Assembly: GCF_006345805.1 (NCBI RefSeq)
Contig: NC_043007.1
Span: forward strand, 70,122,001 to 70,186,000
Direction: 5' to 3'
From: Octopus sinensis
Lineage: Eukaryota
DNA: 64,000 bases
Shown here piece by piece: positions 27,180 to 41,403 of the stretch (position 1 is the first letter of the stretch; every line of letters starts with the position of its first letter). The translations under genes and the position numbers were made by a program. The notes beneath the pieces were generated by a model. It ran no database searches. It was not told where the DNA came from and saw only the letters and a program-made list of their open reading frames with translations.

Positions 27180-27480
27180 AAGTGATGTAATTAATAGCAC
27201 TGCTAACACAGTAGAACACAGCATTGACTTATAAAAACTTTGTAGTATATATTCGTTGCATAACGAAATACGGTGTCCCTACAGGAATATGTTTAATATG
27301 AAAAATTGGTACATCCACAAACGCTACACCGATAGATTTAGTGACTATTTAAGTAATGAGCTCGTGAATGATTAATGGGTTGGATGGATGCTAATGAAGG
27401 AGCAAAAACTCTTGAAATATGGCATATACGCCCATTACCCATTTTTCAGAGCTGGCTATAATTGCTATAGAAAATCTGTA
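27180..27480 (+). repeat. Old unclassified interspersed repeat
   Basis: Homologous to ~52940-53220. Confidence 0.6.
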
Positions 27481-28135
27481 GGGATGGTCTTAACAAGTTC
27501 TTAGAATAATGCAAACGAAGGCTGTGATTGTCATACTTTAAGTGGTGAAAAATAAATCAACTTAGAATTGAAATTAAATTGCCGACCCAGCTTTGTGGAA
27601 TGTCACCTCTACTACATTTCAGCTTTCTTGCGCAGCAGAAATATTTTTAGAAAATCAAATAAAATGAAACCTTTTGCCAAGTATTGTTGAGAAATATTGG
27701 TGTTTCATAAAATGGAAATTAAAAATAGGAGTAAACATTCAATTCTTTCCTATTGTTGTTGAAATATCGACAAACAATTTATGACAAAACAGAAACTCGT
27801 GATAATCAATTCGGAGGAGTCTAAAACGAATAATGAATTAGTTAGAGAACCCTCTTGTCGACTAATCTAATTATTTGGAAAGTTGCCATGTCAAACACTT
27901 ATTTGTCTTTAGGTCATACAAAACTTAATATTTAGCCTCTGGTGTTGGACGAAAAGTTTAAAATATCATTGATGATTATACGTCTGAGTAAACTGGTCAC
28001 GTTAATGATTCTGCATCATCTTTACTGACCTTGTATAGTTTCCATAAACTCATTCTGAAAGCCTCGAATGCCTGAGACAATCAGACAACGGAGGAAGAGT
28101 CATCAGTTTGTATTCCACCCTTATGCCGTAGATGG

Positions 28136-28507
28136 AAGCTGCGTGGTAAGTAGCTTGCTAACCAACCACATGGTTCCGGGTTCAGTCCCACTGGGTGGCA
28201 CCTTGGGCAAGTGTCTTCTACTATAGCCGACCAAGACCTTGTGAGTGGATTTGGTAGACGGAAACTGAAAGAAGCCCGTCGTATATATGTATATATATGT
28301 GTGTGTATGTTTGTGTGTCTGTGTTTGTCCCCCTAGCATTGCTTGACAACCGATGCTGGTGTGTTTACGTCCCCGTAACTTAGCGGTTCGGCAAAAGAGA
28401 CCGATAGAATAAGTACTGGGCTTACAAAGAATAAGTCCCGGGGTCGAGTTGCTCGATTACAGGCGGTGCTCCAGCATGGCTGCAGTCAAAATGACTGAAA
28501 CAAGTAA
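28136..28507 (+). mobile_element. SINE family A
   Basis: Near-complete match to 23942-24305. Confidence 0.9.
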
Positions 28508-28709
28508 AAAAAAAAGAGAGAGAGATTAATCCATGCACTGTATACCCGATTAGGGTTTTGTTAGTTTGTTAGTTTTCCCTACCAAATTCAAATGTTTTTA
28601 TCACTTGGAGAGATCTGGATCGAACTGCCTGACTGTTTTTGATACAAGACTTGAATCTAGCTGTTATGGGACTCATTCACTTATTTTCCTGACATTATGT
28701 TACTGTCTT

Positions 28710-28920
28710 AGTCGGCGAACTGGCAGAATCCTTAGCGCGCTGGGCAAAATGCTCAGTAGCTTTTCTTTAGATTATAAGTTTAAATTCCGCCGAGGTCGAC
28801 TTTGCCTTTCATTCATTCGGGGTCGGTGAAATAAGGCCCAGTTGAACACTGGAGTAGATGCAATCGGCTTATCCCCAACCCATAACTGCTGATCTTGTAC
28901 CAAAATTTGAAACCACTATT
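28710..28920 (+). mobile_element. SINE family B
   Basis: Head and core recognisable. Confidence 0.8.
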
Positions 28921-29429
28921 TTACTCTTTTCACACTTTCATTTGTTCTTATTTACCAAGATTTCAAGTTCTTTTACTTAATATGAGTTGATTTATAACTT
29001 TGAAAGCAAATATTTTCTTATCTACAACTCCATATTTTGACTATATATTTCCGACTGATTTTCTCGCTTACCACTCTACAATATCTGAGCAACAGTTCTG
29101 TATGCGGATCCATCTCTACGAAGGAAATATACCAGCTGGTTTCAGTCCATACTCTAAAGCTGCAGCTAATCTCGCAAGACATCTTGTTGCCGATACTGAT
29201 GTATAAATATTCGTGTATTAAAGCTGTAAACAATCTAATGTGAAAATTAAAGCTATTTTTAATAAAATTATGATTGACATAATTTATACAAGAATCGTAG
29301 TAGGAATAATCTTAAGAATTAAGTAAAAAATGTATCAATTATAACTGGATTGCCAGATATAATACGATCGTAAACAAAAGCTTCGAATCCATAACAAGCC
29401 ATAAAATGCTACACATTCCCGACCGCCAA

Positions 29430-29775
29430 AAAAAAGGAGCCCTGTTAGGCACAGCTCATGTCCTACGCAAGACATTTTCACTTCAATCGAACAAACCGCT
29501 CGGTAAAATTTCTTCACAGCTCACCCAAACATTATCGGATTTTGGCATCTATCGTCAACGTGTACTCTCGTAAAGCAACGCTGATCACCTCAATGTGTTT
29601 GGTATTCTATTCTATGACTGTAACTCCATCTGTATATACCAACATGGATCTTCTACATCCTAGATCACATGGAATGCCCTTCGAAACCTCTAATAGTGAG
29701 GTAGTAGCTCTAGAGTAAGTACGTACAGAAGGCGCGAAAGAGAACACTCTTGATGGACTGAATGCATGATAATGA
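29430..29775 (+). mobile_element. R4/Dong-type extreme C-terminus and probable 3' UTR
   Basis: Translates KRSLLGTAHVLRKTF, matching the terminal LLGTAHILR-type motif. UTR extent is a guess. Confidence 0.55.
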
Positions 29776-31569
29776 ACAAGTCCGATAGGAGGTCATGTAC
29801 TCTAACTTCTGAGTAGATGTCGCTGTTCATTGCAGCGAACCAGCCTCAGAAACGGAGCTGAAACCGCCTTTAGTCATCAAAGACTAAATTGTAAAATTGT
29901 GGCTTTGTAACCACGTTGCTCCTCTGCCGCCCGACTCCTCATACCTTAAAGCAAAAGCCCTAACCCTGACAACGAAACCCTCGTACTTAACGCTGAAGAA
30001 TCAGTCAAGGGTCAATCCACGGCGATCTGGCAGAATCGTTACCGCGCCGGATAAAATGCTTAAAGGCATTTCGCTGGTCTTTATGTTCTAAGCTGTCGAT
30101 AAAGTAAGTGTCATTTGAGCATTTGAGTTGTATTAGATTTACCCCTCTCCCGTTCTGTTGCCTGCTGTGGGTAGATATCTGCCAAAAAATCGCCGAACAG
30201 CTTTCATATAAACATAAAGCTCGTGAAGTAGGCCCGCCTACTTATTCACTATGTCTAGGAAGATTGTGAGATAGAAATATTTTTAAAAAACGACTTCACC
30301 TCCCGACATTGGTCAACTTGGAAAAGAGAACTCCACGCAGCCATTCAACTCTCCTTAAAATCTACAATAAATTCTAACATAAGCACAAGACCAGAGTTTG
30401 GTGGGAGGAGTTGATTATATCGACCACAGTGTTTGCCTGGTATATAACAATTTCTTTTATTTTGCCACCGTTCCTACACACAAAAGAGTTGAATGAAGAT
30501 ACGAAACATATGGAGACTTAGAACAAATTTGAATCAAAACCAATGAGAGTTTGGGGTGACAGATGGGTTTTACATAACATTGACGTAAACAAATTTAAGA
30601 TAACAAAAATAATTGGATTGTTCTCTGAAATACAGATGTAACTACAAAATACGTAATTTAAAAGAAACGACAAATACAAATTAACTCTCTCCTGTCTGGC
30701 TTTCCTCGGAGGACCGAGCGTATGTGCTCTTGAAATAGTTGTAACAGCAGCAGCCATGATCTTTACATCTAGGACTGATGTTGTTGCTATTTCAGTTACT
30801 GATTATCACCACCTTCTCCCTTTCGGCTTTTCTATTTAACTCTGCTAGTTTTTGTTGTATCTCGGGAGGATCATTGTGCCAATAATAAACACTCACACGC
30901 ACTGGTTCTATTTCACTTCTTTTATTATTAGTCGATTCGTTAACATTTTAACCAATTATCTAATCGAGTGATTGATTACTCGTTCACTCTATCAATCAAC
31001 CAGGTTTGTTAAAGTCCTTTCGTCGCCATTCACGACCTCATCAATGACATGCCCTTTCACCTCGACTAGATTTTCGCGACGAAAATAACACAATGTTCAA
31101 ATTAAAAATAAATTTAAATACTAGCTTTCTCAACGTAAAATATTAAATCACAGTATGATCGATAAGTAGGCGTTCGACAAGCGATAGATACATGTTTCAA
31201 GTACCGTCGGTGGGCCTGCTAGTCATTTTATGTATGGAGCTGAAGAATGCAATGTCGGATGTCATTTTAGACTGAAAATTGTAACAGTTTATTCATAATT
31301 TCACCAGCAGTGAAACTGAGGTGGTGCACAATGCCCCGTTAGACATCAGTGCGTACGAAGCTATATCTTTGTGCTATATTATAATCAATTATCTGAAGAT
31401 AAAAATAACCCACTTAAAAAGTAGCAAAGAGAATAGATTTATGTATTGAGAATTGTATGAGTAGTTATCCCGCGTTGTACTGTGATCGGTAAAGCTGTCA
31501 GCCTACAGGTGACAGCGACCTTGTTCGTGTCCCATTATGGAGTTTCTTGGTCTGTCCTGCTTCTATATT

Positions 31570-31763
31570 CATATGCATATAGATATACACACGCATACGC
31601 ACACACATATAAATACATACATGCTTGCAAGTATACATACATACATACATACATACATATATGCATATATATACATATATGTATATATATATATATATAT
31701 AATATATATATATGTGTGTGTGTGTGTGTATATATATATACATACATATATGTGTGTGTGTGA

Positions 31764-31809
<46 letters not shown>

Positions 31810-31858
31810 ATGGCTATTTCCAGCAAACATTGATGCCTTGTCTTGCCACTATTTCCTG

Positions 31859-31892
<34 letters not shown>

Positions 31893-31992
31893 ATATATAT
31901 ATAAAGTTAATAAGAAAATGCATTTAAAATATGCACATTTTTATATACTAATACGAATGTATACGCATGACTTTACATATAAATATACGCTG

Positions 31993-32085
<93 letters not shown>
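31570..32085. repeat. Compound (CATA)/(TG)/(TA)n microsatellite field
   Basis: Direct reading. Confidence 0.9.
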
Positions 32086-32088
<3 letters not shown>

Positions 32089-32775
32089 CAGTAGACACCT
32101 ACACACACACCACAAACACCTATGCATCCACAAGTATGTCTACAGATATCTCGGCAAAGGATGTTTTAAATGTATCCACACATAACACTTCCTTTGTCTA
32201 GAAATCTGGAATCGATAAATGAGAGATCAATGTTTTCCTTTTCTAATAATGTAGTTGCTCGGAGGAGGCTGGCAGAAAGCAACATGATGCCATCTATAGA
32301 TTTATCACCAAATATAGAACTGTAGCAATATCGAAGACAACACTATATAGACAATACATCGCTTCTCTTTCTCACAGTCATTCTTTACTATTGATTTAGT
32401 TTCTATATTTTCGTCGTAATTATCCATCCTTTCGATGTTTATACAACAATGTTTCAAGAGATGGATTTCGGGCCATCCAAAGGATTTACATCAAATATCT
32501 ACTTCCATTTGTATAAATGTTTGTTTTCTTTGGGATTCAAATAATTTTTTCCTTTGCCAGAATTCAAGCCGATCATCATCAAAGTGGGGAAGCCCTTTTG
32601 TTTAAATGAAGGCAGCACTTGGGGGTTTGCGGTTATCTAAATTGATTGCTGTATGTGTATATGTGTATATGTGTATGTGTGCATGTATGTGCGCGTGTGA
32701 ATAATCTTGCACTCTGGGAGTTTGCAGTTATCTAAATTGGTTGGTGTGTGTGTATATGTATACATATATGTGTGT

Positions 32776-32815
<40 letters not shown>

Positions 32816-33199
32816 CTATGTGTATATATGAATAACCTTGCACTCGTGTAGTGAGTGTGCATATCAGGTTAACATACAATTGTGTGTGTGTTTTATTATT
32901 GTTTATATATGTGCTTCTACGTATATTTAATCTGTGTATGGTTATGTACTTGTGTGCGGCCCAGAAGCCTCAAATGGAGAATCACGAGAACGTTTTGCAA
33001 ATTTTCCCGCTACAACCAATCGATTGTATTTGGTGAATACAAATTCATTTGCAGTGTTTTTTTTTTCTTTCTTGAGAATCCCAGCATTTCTATTTTTTTT
33101 TGTTGTTGTTTTTTTTGCAGATTTATTGTTATGTAACCCTGTACACAATGATAACGGCAAATGAAAATATATTGCCGGTATATAGAGCCTGTAGTATTT

Positions 33200-33525
33200 T
33201 CTTTAGTTCTCTACCAGTGCCTGACTTTTGCTCTTTGTCCAATACACTAATATATGGCATGCTGTGATTGCACAGGCTTTTAAAGATGTTAATGTATTCT
33301 GGCTCAGGAGTATCTCTGGTTGGCAGTCAGCGCAATGCTTCATGCGTATAGCATTGCAAACGGTTTCAGTGACAATGCCATGTCCGTGAGAAGGTGCCTT
33401 GTAGACATTTTTAAATAGCTGCTGATGTGAAATCTTCCACAATGATATGGCATAAACGACATTTTAACACAATATGGAGCTCTAGTGCCATTCTCGTCTC
33501 TTTTGTATCTCAGCTATTTTATAGC
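33200..33525 (-). mobile_element. Probable RTE-clade LINE relic (RT thumb region)
   Basis: EIQKR, NVYKA, ET and ILVYW spaced as in the RTE thumb; decayed. Confidence 0.4.
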
Positions 33526-33544
33526 AATCTCCTGTTCCTGGATA

Positions 33545-33770
33545 TATATTTCTTTATTGCCCACAAGGGGCTAAACATAGATGGGACAAACATGGACAGA
33601 CAAAGGGATTAAGTCGATTACATCGACCCCAATACGTAACTGGTACTTATTTAATAGACTCCGAAAGGATGAAAGGCAAAGTCGACCTCGGCTGAATTTG
33701 AACTCAGAACATAGCGACGGGCGAAATATCGGTAAACAGCGTGCTAACGATTCTGCCAGCTCGCCGCCTT
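33545..33770 (-). mobile_element. SINE family B
   Basis: Reverse copy with internal deletion. Confidence 0.85.
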
Positions 33771-33908
33771 CTGTTCCTGGATATACACGCATACATATAC
33801 TTGTATTATACAGCTATATTGTATATATATTCATGCTACATTTTTTTTTTTTTTTGAAAACTGCAGAGCTGCGTCCTAAATATTTTGCTAATTATTATTA
33901 TTATTATT

Positions 33909-34002
33909 GAGTGAGAGAGCAGTTCATGCCATCAAAGTGACACTGGGGTAAAATATACGAAGCCCAATATACCCATCATGACTACCCGTCTGATAAGGGC
34001 AC

Positions 34003-34057
<55 letters not shown>

Positions 34058-34084
34058 GTTATTATTATTATTATTACTATTATT

Positions 34085-34147
<63 letters not shown>

Positions 34148-34624
34148 GAGTGAGAGAGCAGTGCATGACATCAAAATGACACTGGGGTAAAATATACGAA
34201 GCCCAGTATACCCATCATGACTACCCGTCTGATAAGAGTACACCAGATACATGCATCACAACTATATGTGCGCGACATGGGGATCTCATATCAAGTTAAA
34301 CAGCGTATGACCTTGCAAGTGGGGCCCAGATAGAAATTTCTTCTGGTCGAGTAGCCTATCCCGCTCAAGAGATCCCTGAATAAGGGCTGTTTAAGATTGC
34401 TGAACGAACCACCCATGTTTCCAAAGGTGAATTATCCAATTCTCTAAGAATTTCTATTATCACACGACTATGATGCTCCCCACACTATTTCTGCTCGTGA
34501 TCAGAGATGCACATATCGTCAGCCCCTAAGGGACATGCTCAACTGGTTAAGGTCAAACAGCTGACAAGCAAATCTGTGGTATTGAGTAGAATATTTGCTG
34601 TAGCCCATCTTTTATACCAAGACA

Positions 34625-34625
<1 letters not shown>
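33909..34625 (-). mobile_element. (AAT)n-associated element: 3'-end fragment (33909-34001) plus 5'-truncated copy 3 (34148-34625)
   Basis: Both begin gagtgagagagcag on + and are embedded in (TTA)n. Confidence 0.9.
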
Positions 34626-34688
<63 letters not shown>

Positions 34689-35671
34689 GGTCTACAACAG
34701 TGCCATGTGTATTTCTACCACTCCACTAGATGCGTCTACCAGGGGTGTGAGCTTCATTATCTTACGAAGGGGTAGAATTGTGTTGCTGTAAAATTTGCTT
34801 TGTTTCTAGAGTTAATTTTAGTGTTTTGTCTGATTGTTAGGCAGAGAAAAGCTGTTCAAATTTTATGATTTATTTTAAGTGTCGGCTGTGATTGTGTCGA
34901 GTATGAGCGACATGGTTTGTGCTATATGACTGGAAAGCGATAGTGGGAAGTGGTGTTTATTAGACTCGTTGTATGCAATATCAAAGAGTCGACAGGTTGA
35001 GATATGTTATTGAATGGTACGCATATAAAGTGTTGAGTTGCGTAATTCTATTGAGCGATGATTGTTTAGGAATTGTGTAACTTGTGCTATTTACAAGGGC
35101 TCTGGTGCTGCATCATGAACTGCCAACGTCGTCTTTGTATTTTAGTTCTCAGGGAATGGTAAAATATGTATCAGCAAATACTTGCTTTCGACTAGGAAAT
35201 GTAAGCCTACAATTGAACAAGCATCTATTTACTATGCAAACTATGTGTTCGGCTTCTTATTTGTATCATTGTCAAGATTTGTGTTGTTTTCTTCTTATGT
35301 GTATATATCCAATGGTTATCGCGAAATCGAATTGATGTGCCATAATCACGTTCTTCATCTTTCTGCACAGCCGTGAAGCTTTAGTCATAAGAAAATATTA
35401 ACATCTCGTCAATCGAATAAGTCTTAATGCTGTATGCTGTTGTCACAAGCCAGACTCATAGTGTCCATCCTTCACCTGGATTAAACCATAGATTCAGTAT
35501 ATAAGTGGACTTTGTTTGCGGACCGAACGTCTAGGAACATAACCCACTCCCTCATTCTGCAGTGATCTCATACGTATAACAGGTGAAAAGCAGAAATTTC
35601 ATAAGAATATTTGGTGAAATTAGGTTCGATGCAAATTACTTCTTATGCAATAATTTTTTTCTCCAAATTCC

Positions 35672-36123
35672 TGGAGTGGCTGTGTGGTAAGTTGCTATAG
35701 GCGTGGGAGTGGCTGAGTGGTAAGTAGATTGCTTACGAACTACATGGTTCCAGGTTCAGTCCCACTGCGTGGCACCTTGGACAAGTGTCTTCTACTATAG
35801 TCTGGTGCCGACCAAAGCCTTGTGAGTGGAATTGGTAGACGGAGACTTAAAGAAGCCCATCGTATGTATATATGTATATATATATATATATATATGTGTG
35901 TGGTGTGTGTGTGTGTGTGTGTGTGTGTGTCTGTGTTTGTCCCCCCTACATCGCTTGACAACTGATGGTGGTGTGTTTACGTCCCCGTAACTTAGCGGTT
36001 CGGCAAAAGAAACTGATAGAATAAGTACTAGGCTTACAAAGAATAAGTCCTGGGATCGATGTGCTCGACTAAAGGCGGTGCTCCTGCATGGCCATAGTCA
36101 AATGACTGAAACAAGTAAAAGAG
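35672..36123 (+). mobile_element. SINE family A with duplicated 5' start
   Basis: ggagtggctg.gtggtaagt occurs twice, then the full body. Confidence 0.9.
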
Positions 36124-36711
36124 TAGAAATTGTTTCTTTAACAAACCTAATTTTCTCACGCCTTATAATATTTCCTTTCCATTTTGTTTTCTGGCTATTC
36201 TTGCGCAAATTATCATACAATCTCTTTATATGATATTTTCCATGTAAATTATTCAAATCGGAAATTAAAATAATTAAAAACGATTAAACAATGCAACTAT
36301 GTCTATTTTAACTTCTCTCAATAATGTTGGATTGGAAAAAGTTTTTCATCTTTAATAATAATATTGTGATGTCATGAACTAAATGAAGATCGTGTTTTTA
36401 CTAACATATTACCCGACAAAACTAGCTGATGTAGTTTTTAGGATTATCAATACAACCTGAAATGTCTCTCCTTTAGTAATCCTAACGGTCCTCACTTTCG
36501 CATTTGTGTTTATAACATTTTATTCCTGTTTAATTAGTTTGTCTGAAGACTGGAAATTAAAAATTAATTTCTATCCAATCAGACATTTTTTTTATTATTC
36601 TTATTATTTCACTTTGATGAGTTTTAAGTTCTCTTATTTTACAGTCATTTTATTTCCGTCTTTCAGCTGTTCTATAATTAACAGTATCATTGTCACCATT
36701 ATCATTCTGTA

Positions 36712-36930
36712 AGGTGGCGAGCTGTCAAAATCGTTAGCACGCCAGAGGAAATGCTTAGCGGCATTTCAGCCGTCTTTACGTTCTGAGTTCAAATTCTGCT
36801 GAGGTCGTCTTTACCTTCCATCCTTTCGGGGTCGCTGAAATAAGTACCAGTTGAACACTGGAGTAGATGTCATCGACTTACACCCTCTCCCTAAATTGCT
36901 GGTCGTGTACCAAAAGTTGAAATCAATATT
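36712..36930 (+). mobile_element. SINE family B
   Basis: Full head, core and short tail. Confidence 0.85.
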
Positions 36931-37181
36931 TTTCATTCTGTGATTGGTTTATTTGAATGATAGAAGCTACAAACAATAAAGCTGGATGTTTTATAGCGTT
37001 TTGTTTTTCCCCATACCATTCAATGTTCAAATCATGTCGGGAAAATGTTGCTCCGTTTTTAAGTTCCCCAACTAGTGTTAGGAATGTTATAAACGTCGCA
37101 ACGTTAGAAAATTATCTGCTTCCTCAAAGGAATTCTTCTTCTTCTTCTTCTTCTTCTTCTTCTCTTCTTCTTCTTCTTCTT

Positions 37182-37228
<47 letters not shown>

Positions 37229-37447
37229 TCTACTGCTACTACTACTACTATTATTATTATAGATGACAAAAAAAAAATATCCTATACCCGGTTAATATTA
37301 TTCTAGAGGCAATAATATTGCAGGTGTAATGTGAGAGAGTAGCTACAATTTCATTTAGTTTTGAGATAAGGAAATATTTGTTTTGAGCGAAAGGTAGTTA
37401 TTGCTTAGTTTTACCTGTCTCTCAGGAATTACTTTCTTTAACTTGAA

Positions 37448-37608
37448 TTCTTAATACGTTTTGTCAGATTCGAATGAGAATATGCAAAAAGCTTCTGTAT
37501 TCGTCAATGGAGAACGCACATCGCCTGAAAGGAGAAGTTGTTGTCCAATGATAAAATACAGCAACGATTAGCATATTCACGTCCGAATCTGACAGAACGT
37601 ATTAAGAA
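37448..37608. repeat. Small inverted repeat, ~40-bp arms
   Basis: ttcttaatacgttttgtcagattcg pairs with cgaatctgacagaacgtattaagaa. Confidence 0.75.
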
Positions 37609-37669
37609 TAAATATGTAAGACATCGTTTTGGTTCTCGCTGTTCACCGTGCACATAACAACTTGTTATT

Positions 37670-38770
37670 TCCATGACATTCTCAAAAATGACAAAATTTT
37701 GTGCTGTAAATATTACAAAGAGCAAATCGATCACATTTTTCGTTGTAGTTTGGGCAGGTTCATAAATATAGAGAATAGACGTGGTACATCGAACAGATAT
37801 GAATGCTAGAAAGATGCTAATGTTACAACACTGGTACATAAATCAACGCAAATATATACAAAAAAAACACATTATAGTTATATATTAACAGAGAATGTGG
37901 CTGTACAGAATGAATCAGAGATGAAAGTAAACTGTCATACAAGGTAGTTCAATGTCAGCAAATGAAAATATCTCTTTTTCTGAAGAAACTGTTTTAACAT
38001 AAAAACGTGAAAATGAAAATACATAAAAATATGATCGTAAAGATGTATAATGTGTGAATATTTTTTTTTTCATTTTCCAGGTAAGGTAGGTAACATTGTT
38101 AACCCCATTCTGCAATGAATGTTTTTCCTCACATATTTTAGTCTAACCTAGTTCTTTGATATTCCAACTATTAAATATATATTAAACATTGATGCCGAGC
38201 GGCTCGTACCAGTTGGTTTTATTTGTTTTTGTATCTTGTATCATTGAAAAATACTTTCTCTTGTCAATTTGTTATTGCTGTGAACGGAATTATTATTTTC
38301 TTTTTTTTTTCTTTTTTTTTTTGCGAATTCCTCTACAGATATCGGGGAGTGTTTCTAATGGAGTATTATATATTTTTACTTTTATGTTTTTTTTTTATAT
38401 TAAAATAGATTCTTCAGAAAAAAAAGATATTTTTCATTTACTGACGTTGAAATAACTTTATGTAAATATATGACAGTTTAGTTTTATTTCCGATTCCTTC
38501 CACACAACCATATTCTCTCTATTAACATAACTATGATGTCTTTAATATTGTTTGTTGTATATACTTGCGATATCTGATTTATGTCATGGGCGTAACATTA
38601 GCCTCTTCCAAGCATCTATATCTACATTGTTGAGACATACCATATCTAGTCAGTATTTTATAAGTCTGCTCAAACAATAACGAAAAGAAATGTGATCACT
38701 ATGCTCTTTATGATATTTACATAGAATTTTATCAATTTTTTAGAAACGTTCTTGAAAGATTTCTTGGTAA
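37670..38770. repeat. Large diverged inverted repeat (~380-bp arms, ~300-bp spacer)
   Basis: gtcagcaaatgaaaatatctctttttctgaagaa pairs with ttcttcagaaaaaaaagatatttttcatttactgac. Collinear complementarity continues along both arms. Confidence 0.8.
38060..38086 (+). other. Candidate recursive splice site 2
   Basis: (T)10-cattttccag|gtaagg, with no AG in the preceding ~36 nt. Confidence 0.45.
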
Positions 38771-38889
38771 ACTACCGCAGTGTTTAAATATCAGCATATC
38801 AAGGTTTCTCACTTTTTAGAGCATATATTTTATATTATTTGTGTATCATAAGTTTATATTGTTATATGTATTAGTACGCGAGAAAAGTC

Positions 38890-39290
38890 AGCGAGCTGGC
38901 AGAATCGTTAGCACACCGGGCAAAATGCTTAGCGGTATTTCGTCTGCCGTTACGTTCTGGGTTCAAATTCCGCCGAGGTCGACTTTTCCTTTCATCTTTT
39001 CGGGGTCGATAAATTAAGTACCAGTTAAGCAGTAGGGTCGATATAATCGATTTAATCCGTGTGTTTGTCCTTGTTTGTCCTCTCTGTGTTTAGCCCCTTG
39101 TAAAGAAATAGGTATTTCGTCTGCCATTACGTTGTAGGTTCAAATTCCACCGAGGTCGGCTTTGCCTTTCATCCCCTCGTGGTCGATAAATTAAGTACCA
39201 GTTGCGCACTGGGGTCGATTTAATCGACTGCCCCCCCCCCCTCTTCCCCAAAAAATTTCAGGCCTTGAGCTTATAGTAGAAAGGATTATA
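38890..39290 (+). mobile_element. SINE family B, two-unit form
   Basis: Same layout as 12790-13185. Confidence 0.9.
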
Positions 39291-39393
39291 AGTACGCTGG
39301 AATAACTGTAGAATGGGTCTACATATAGAGTTGAAATTCTCACGAGATAAACCTCATCTTTCCCCCACCATCAGTATCAGTAATATACTAGGG

Positions 39394-39775
39394 TGGAGGC
39401 GCAATGGCCCAGTGGTTAGGGCAGCGGACTCGCGGTCATAGGATCGCGGTTTCGATTCCCAGACCGGGCGTTGTGAGTGTTTATTAAGCAAAAACACCTA
39501 AAAGCTCCACGAGGCTCCGGCAGGGGATGGTGGTGATCCCTGCTGTACTCTTTCACCACAACTTTCTCCCACTCTTACTTCCTGTTTCTGTTGTATCTGT
39601 ATTTCAAGGAGCCGGCCTTGTCACTCTCTGTGTCACGCTGAATATCCCCGAGAACTACGTTAAGGGTGCACGTGTCTGTGGAGTGCTCAGCCACTTACAC
39701 GTTAATTTCACGAGCAGGCTGTTCCGTTGATTCGGATCAACCGGAACCCTCATCGTCGTAACCGACGGAGTGCTT
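39394..39775 (+). mobile_element. SINE family C head with tail module 2
   Basis: Head as at 6431. After cttcctgtttc the sequence switches to a tail containing agccacttacacgttaa (Nin/Ceph-like, recalled). Confidence 0.9.
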
Positions 39776-40478
39776 CTATCCATACTAGGGTACATTCAGT
39801 AGACTTTATCCCATAAACTTATGAGAAAATGAGTAGCACTAATATAGGGTAAACCATTAAAGATGTTATCTTAGTGAGAGCTGCATTTTCTTGTCTTTTG
39901 TGAATCTGATATTTATTATATCAACCCTGCACAGGTAAAATTAATAAAAATACTACATTTTTGTTGTAAAATAATATGCAAAATAGAAAAAAATATGTTG
40001 GTTAAGAAATATATAGCAAAATTATTTTAGAATGTTAATTATAAAATAAATTAATGGAAAACACTTACAAATAATCAATATATATATATATATATATATA
40101 TATTTATGTATTGGATATCATAGTTAATATAGGCAGTGAAAACTGTTCAATCAATTGCAATTACACCTCGAATGAAATCACGTCAGCGCTAATAATAAAC
40201 CCTGTTGAAAAAGGAAAAGAAGACAAATGTGAGGTCTAAAGGAAGACATGGAGTGATTAGTAAATTTGACCCTTGATATGTACGGCCGAAGGCGGCCGAC
40301 ATGCAGAATCGTTAGCACACCGGACAAAATGCTTTGCGGAATTTGGTCTTTATTCATGTTCTAAGTTAAAATTCCACCGAGTTCGACTTTGCCTTTCATC
40401 TTTTCGAGTTAGTGCCGTAATAATTACATAACAGTTGTAGAAGCACTTTACCCCATCAGTGTTCCACCTTTCTCGATA

Positions 40479-40509
<31 letters not shown>

Positions 40510-40514
40510 GTATA

Positions 40515-40810
40515 TCACCTTGATATCACCGTGACCGACCAGATATTGCTGCACATCGCTAATCACAATGCGCTTCGCATTGCTTTAGCCTTCAAATGAC
40601 GCCACCACGCTGGCTAACCAAGCAGATCAACAGAAGAAAGAGTGAGAGAAAGTTGTTGCGAAAGAATACAGCAATGATCGCCACCAACCACTGCTAGAGC
40701 CTCGTGGAGCTTTAGGTGTTTTCGCTCAATAAACACTCACAACGCCCGGTCTGGGAATCGAAATCGTGATCCTACAACCGCGTGTCCGCTTCCCTAACCT
40801 CTAGGTCATT
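40515..40810 (-). mobile_element. SINE family C head with tail module 3
   Basis: Reverse head gggaatcgaaa. Tail matches 43832-43957. Confidence 0.85.
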
Positions 40811-40828
40811 GTATGTATATGTATGTAC

Positions 40829-40939
<111 letters not shown>

Positions 40940-41346
40940 CACACACATACAAACCTTTTATAATAAATATTTTATTAATATCTAAATAAAATCAGTAACA
41001 AACAGCTCGAGTGATAGATTTGCTGACCAACAACCTAACTACGTTCTTTTGTGAACACTTATGATCTGAATCGGACATATCTAAAAATACCTAAATACAT
41101 GCATGAATAAACTCTAACCATTAGTGCTTCCCAAAATTTAATCAACAAAAATCCTCCATACCATATTGCTATCACAACCTACCGTTCAACCTAATTATCA
41201 CTCAACAGAACTCACGTTACCCTAGAAAATTCTATCTTAACAGAGCCTATAAAATGGCAAGATGAACTTAAATGCTTTACAGTCCGATAATGGGTTTTGG
41301 GTGGTCAAAATTTGAGTCACTGCCAACATTATTTTGTTAAAGAGTA

Positions 41347-41399
<53 letters not shown>

Positions 41400-41403
<4 letters not shown>

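Noticed and set aside
29697-29707. TGAGGTAGTAG, identical to the first 11 nt of let-7
   Set aside because: Remainder does not match, no precursor hairpin seen, and it lies in a probable retroelement UTR.
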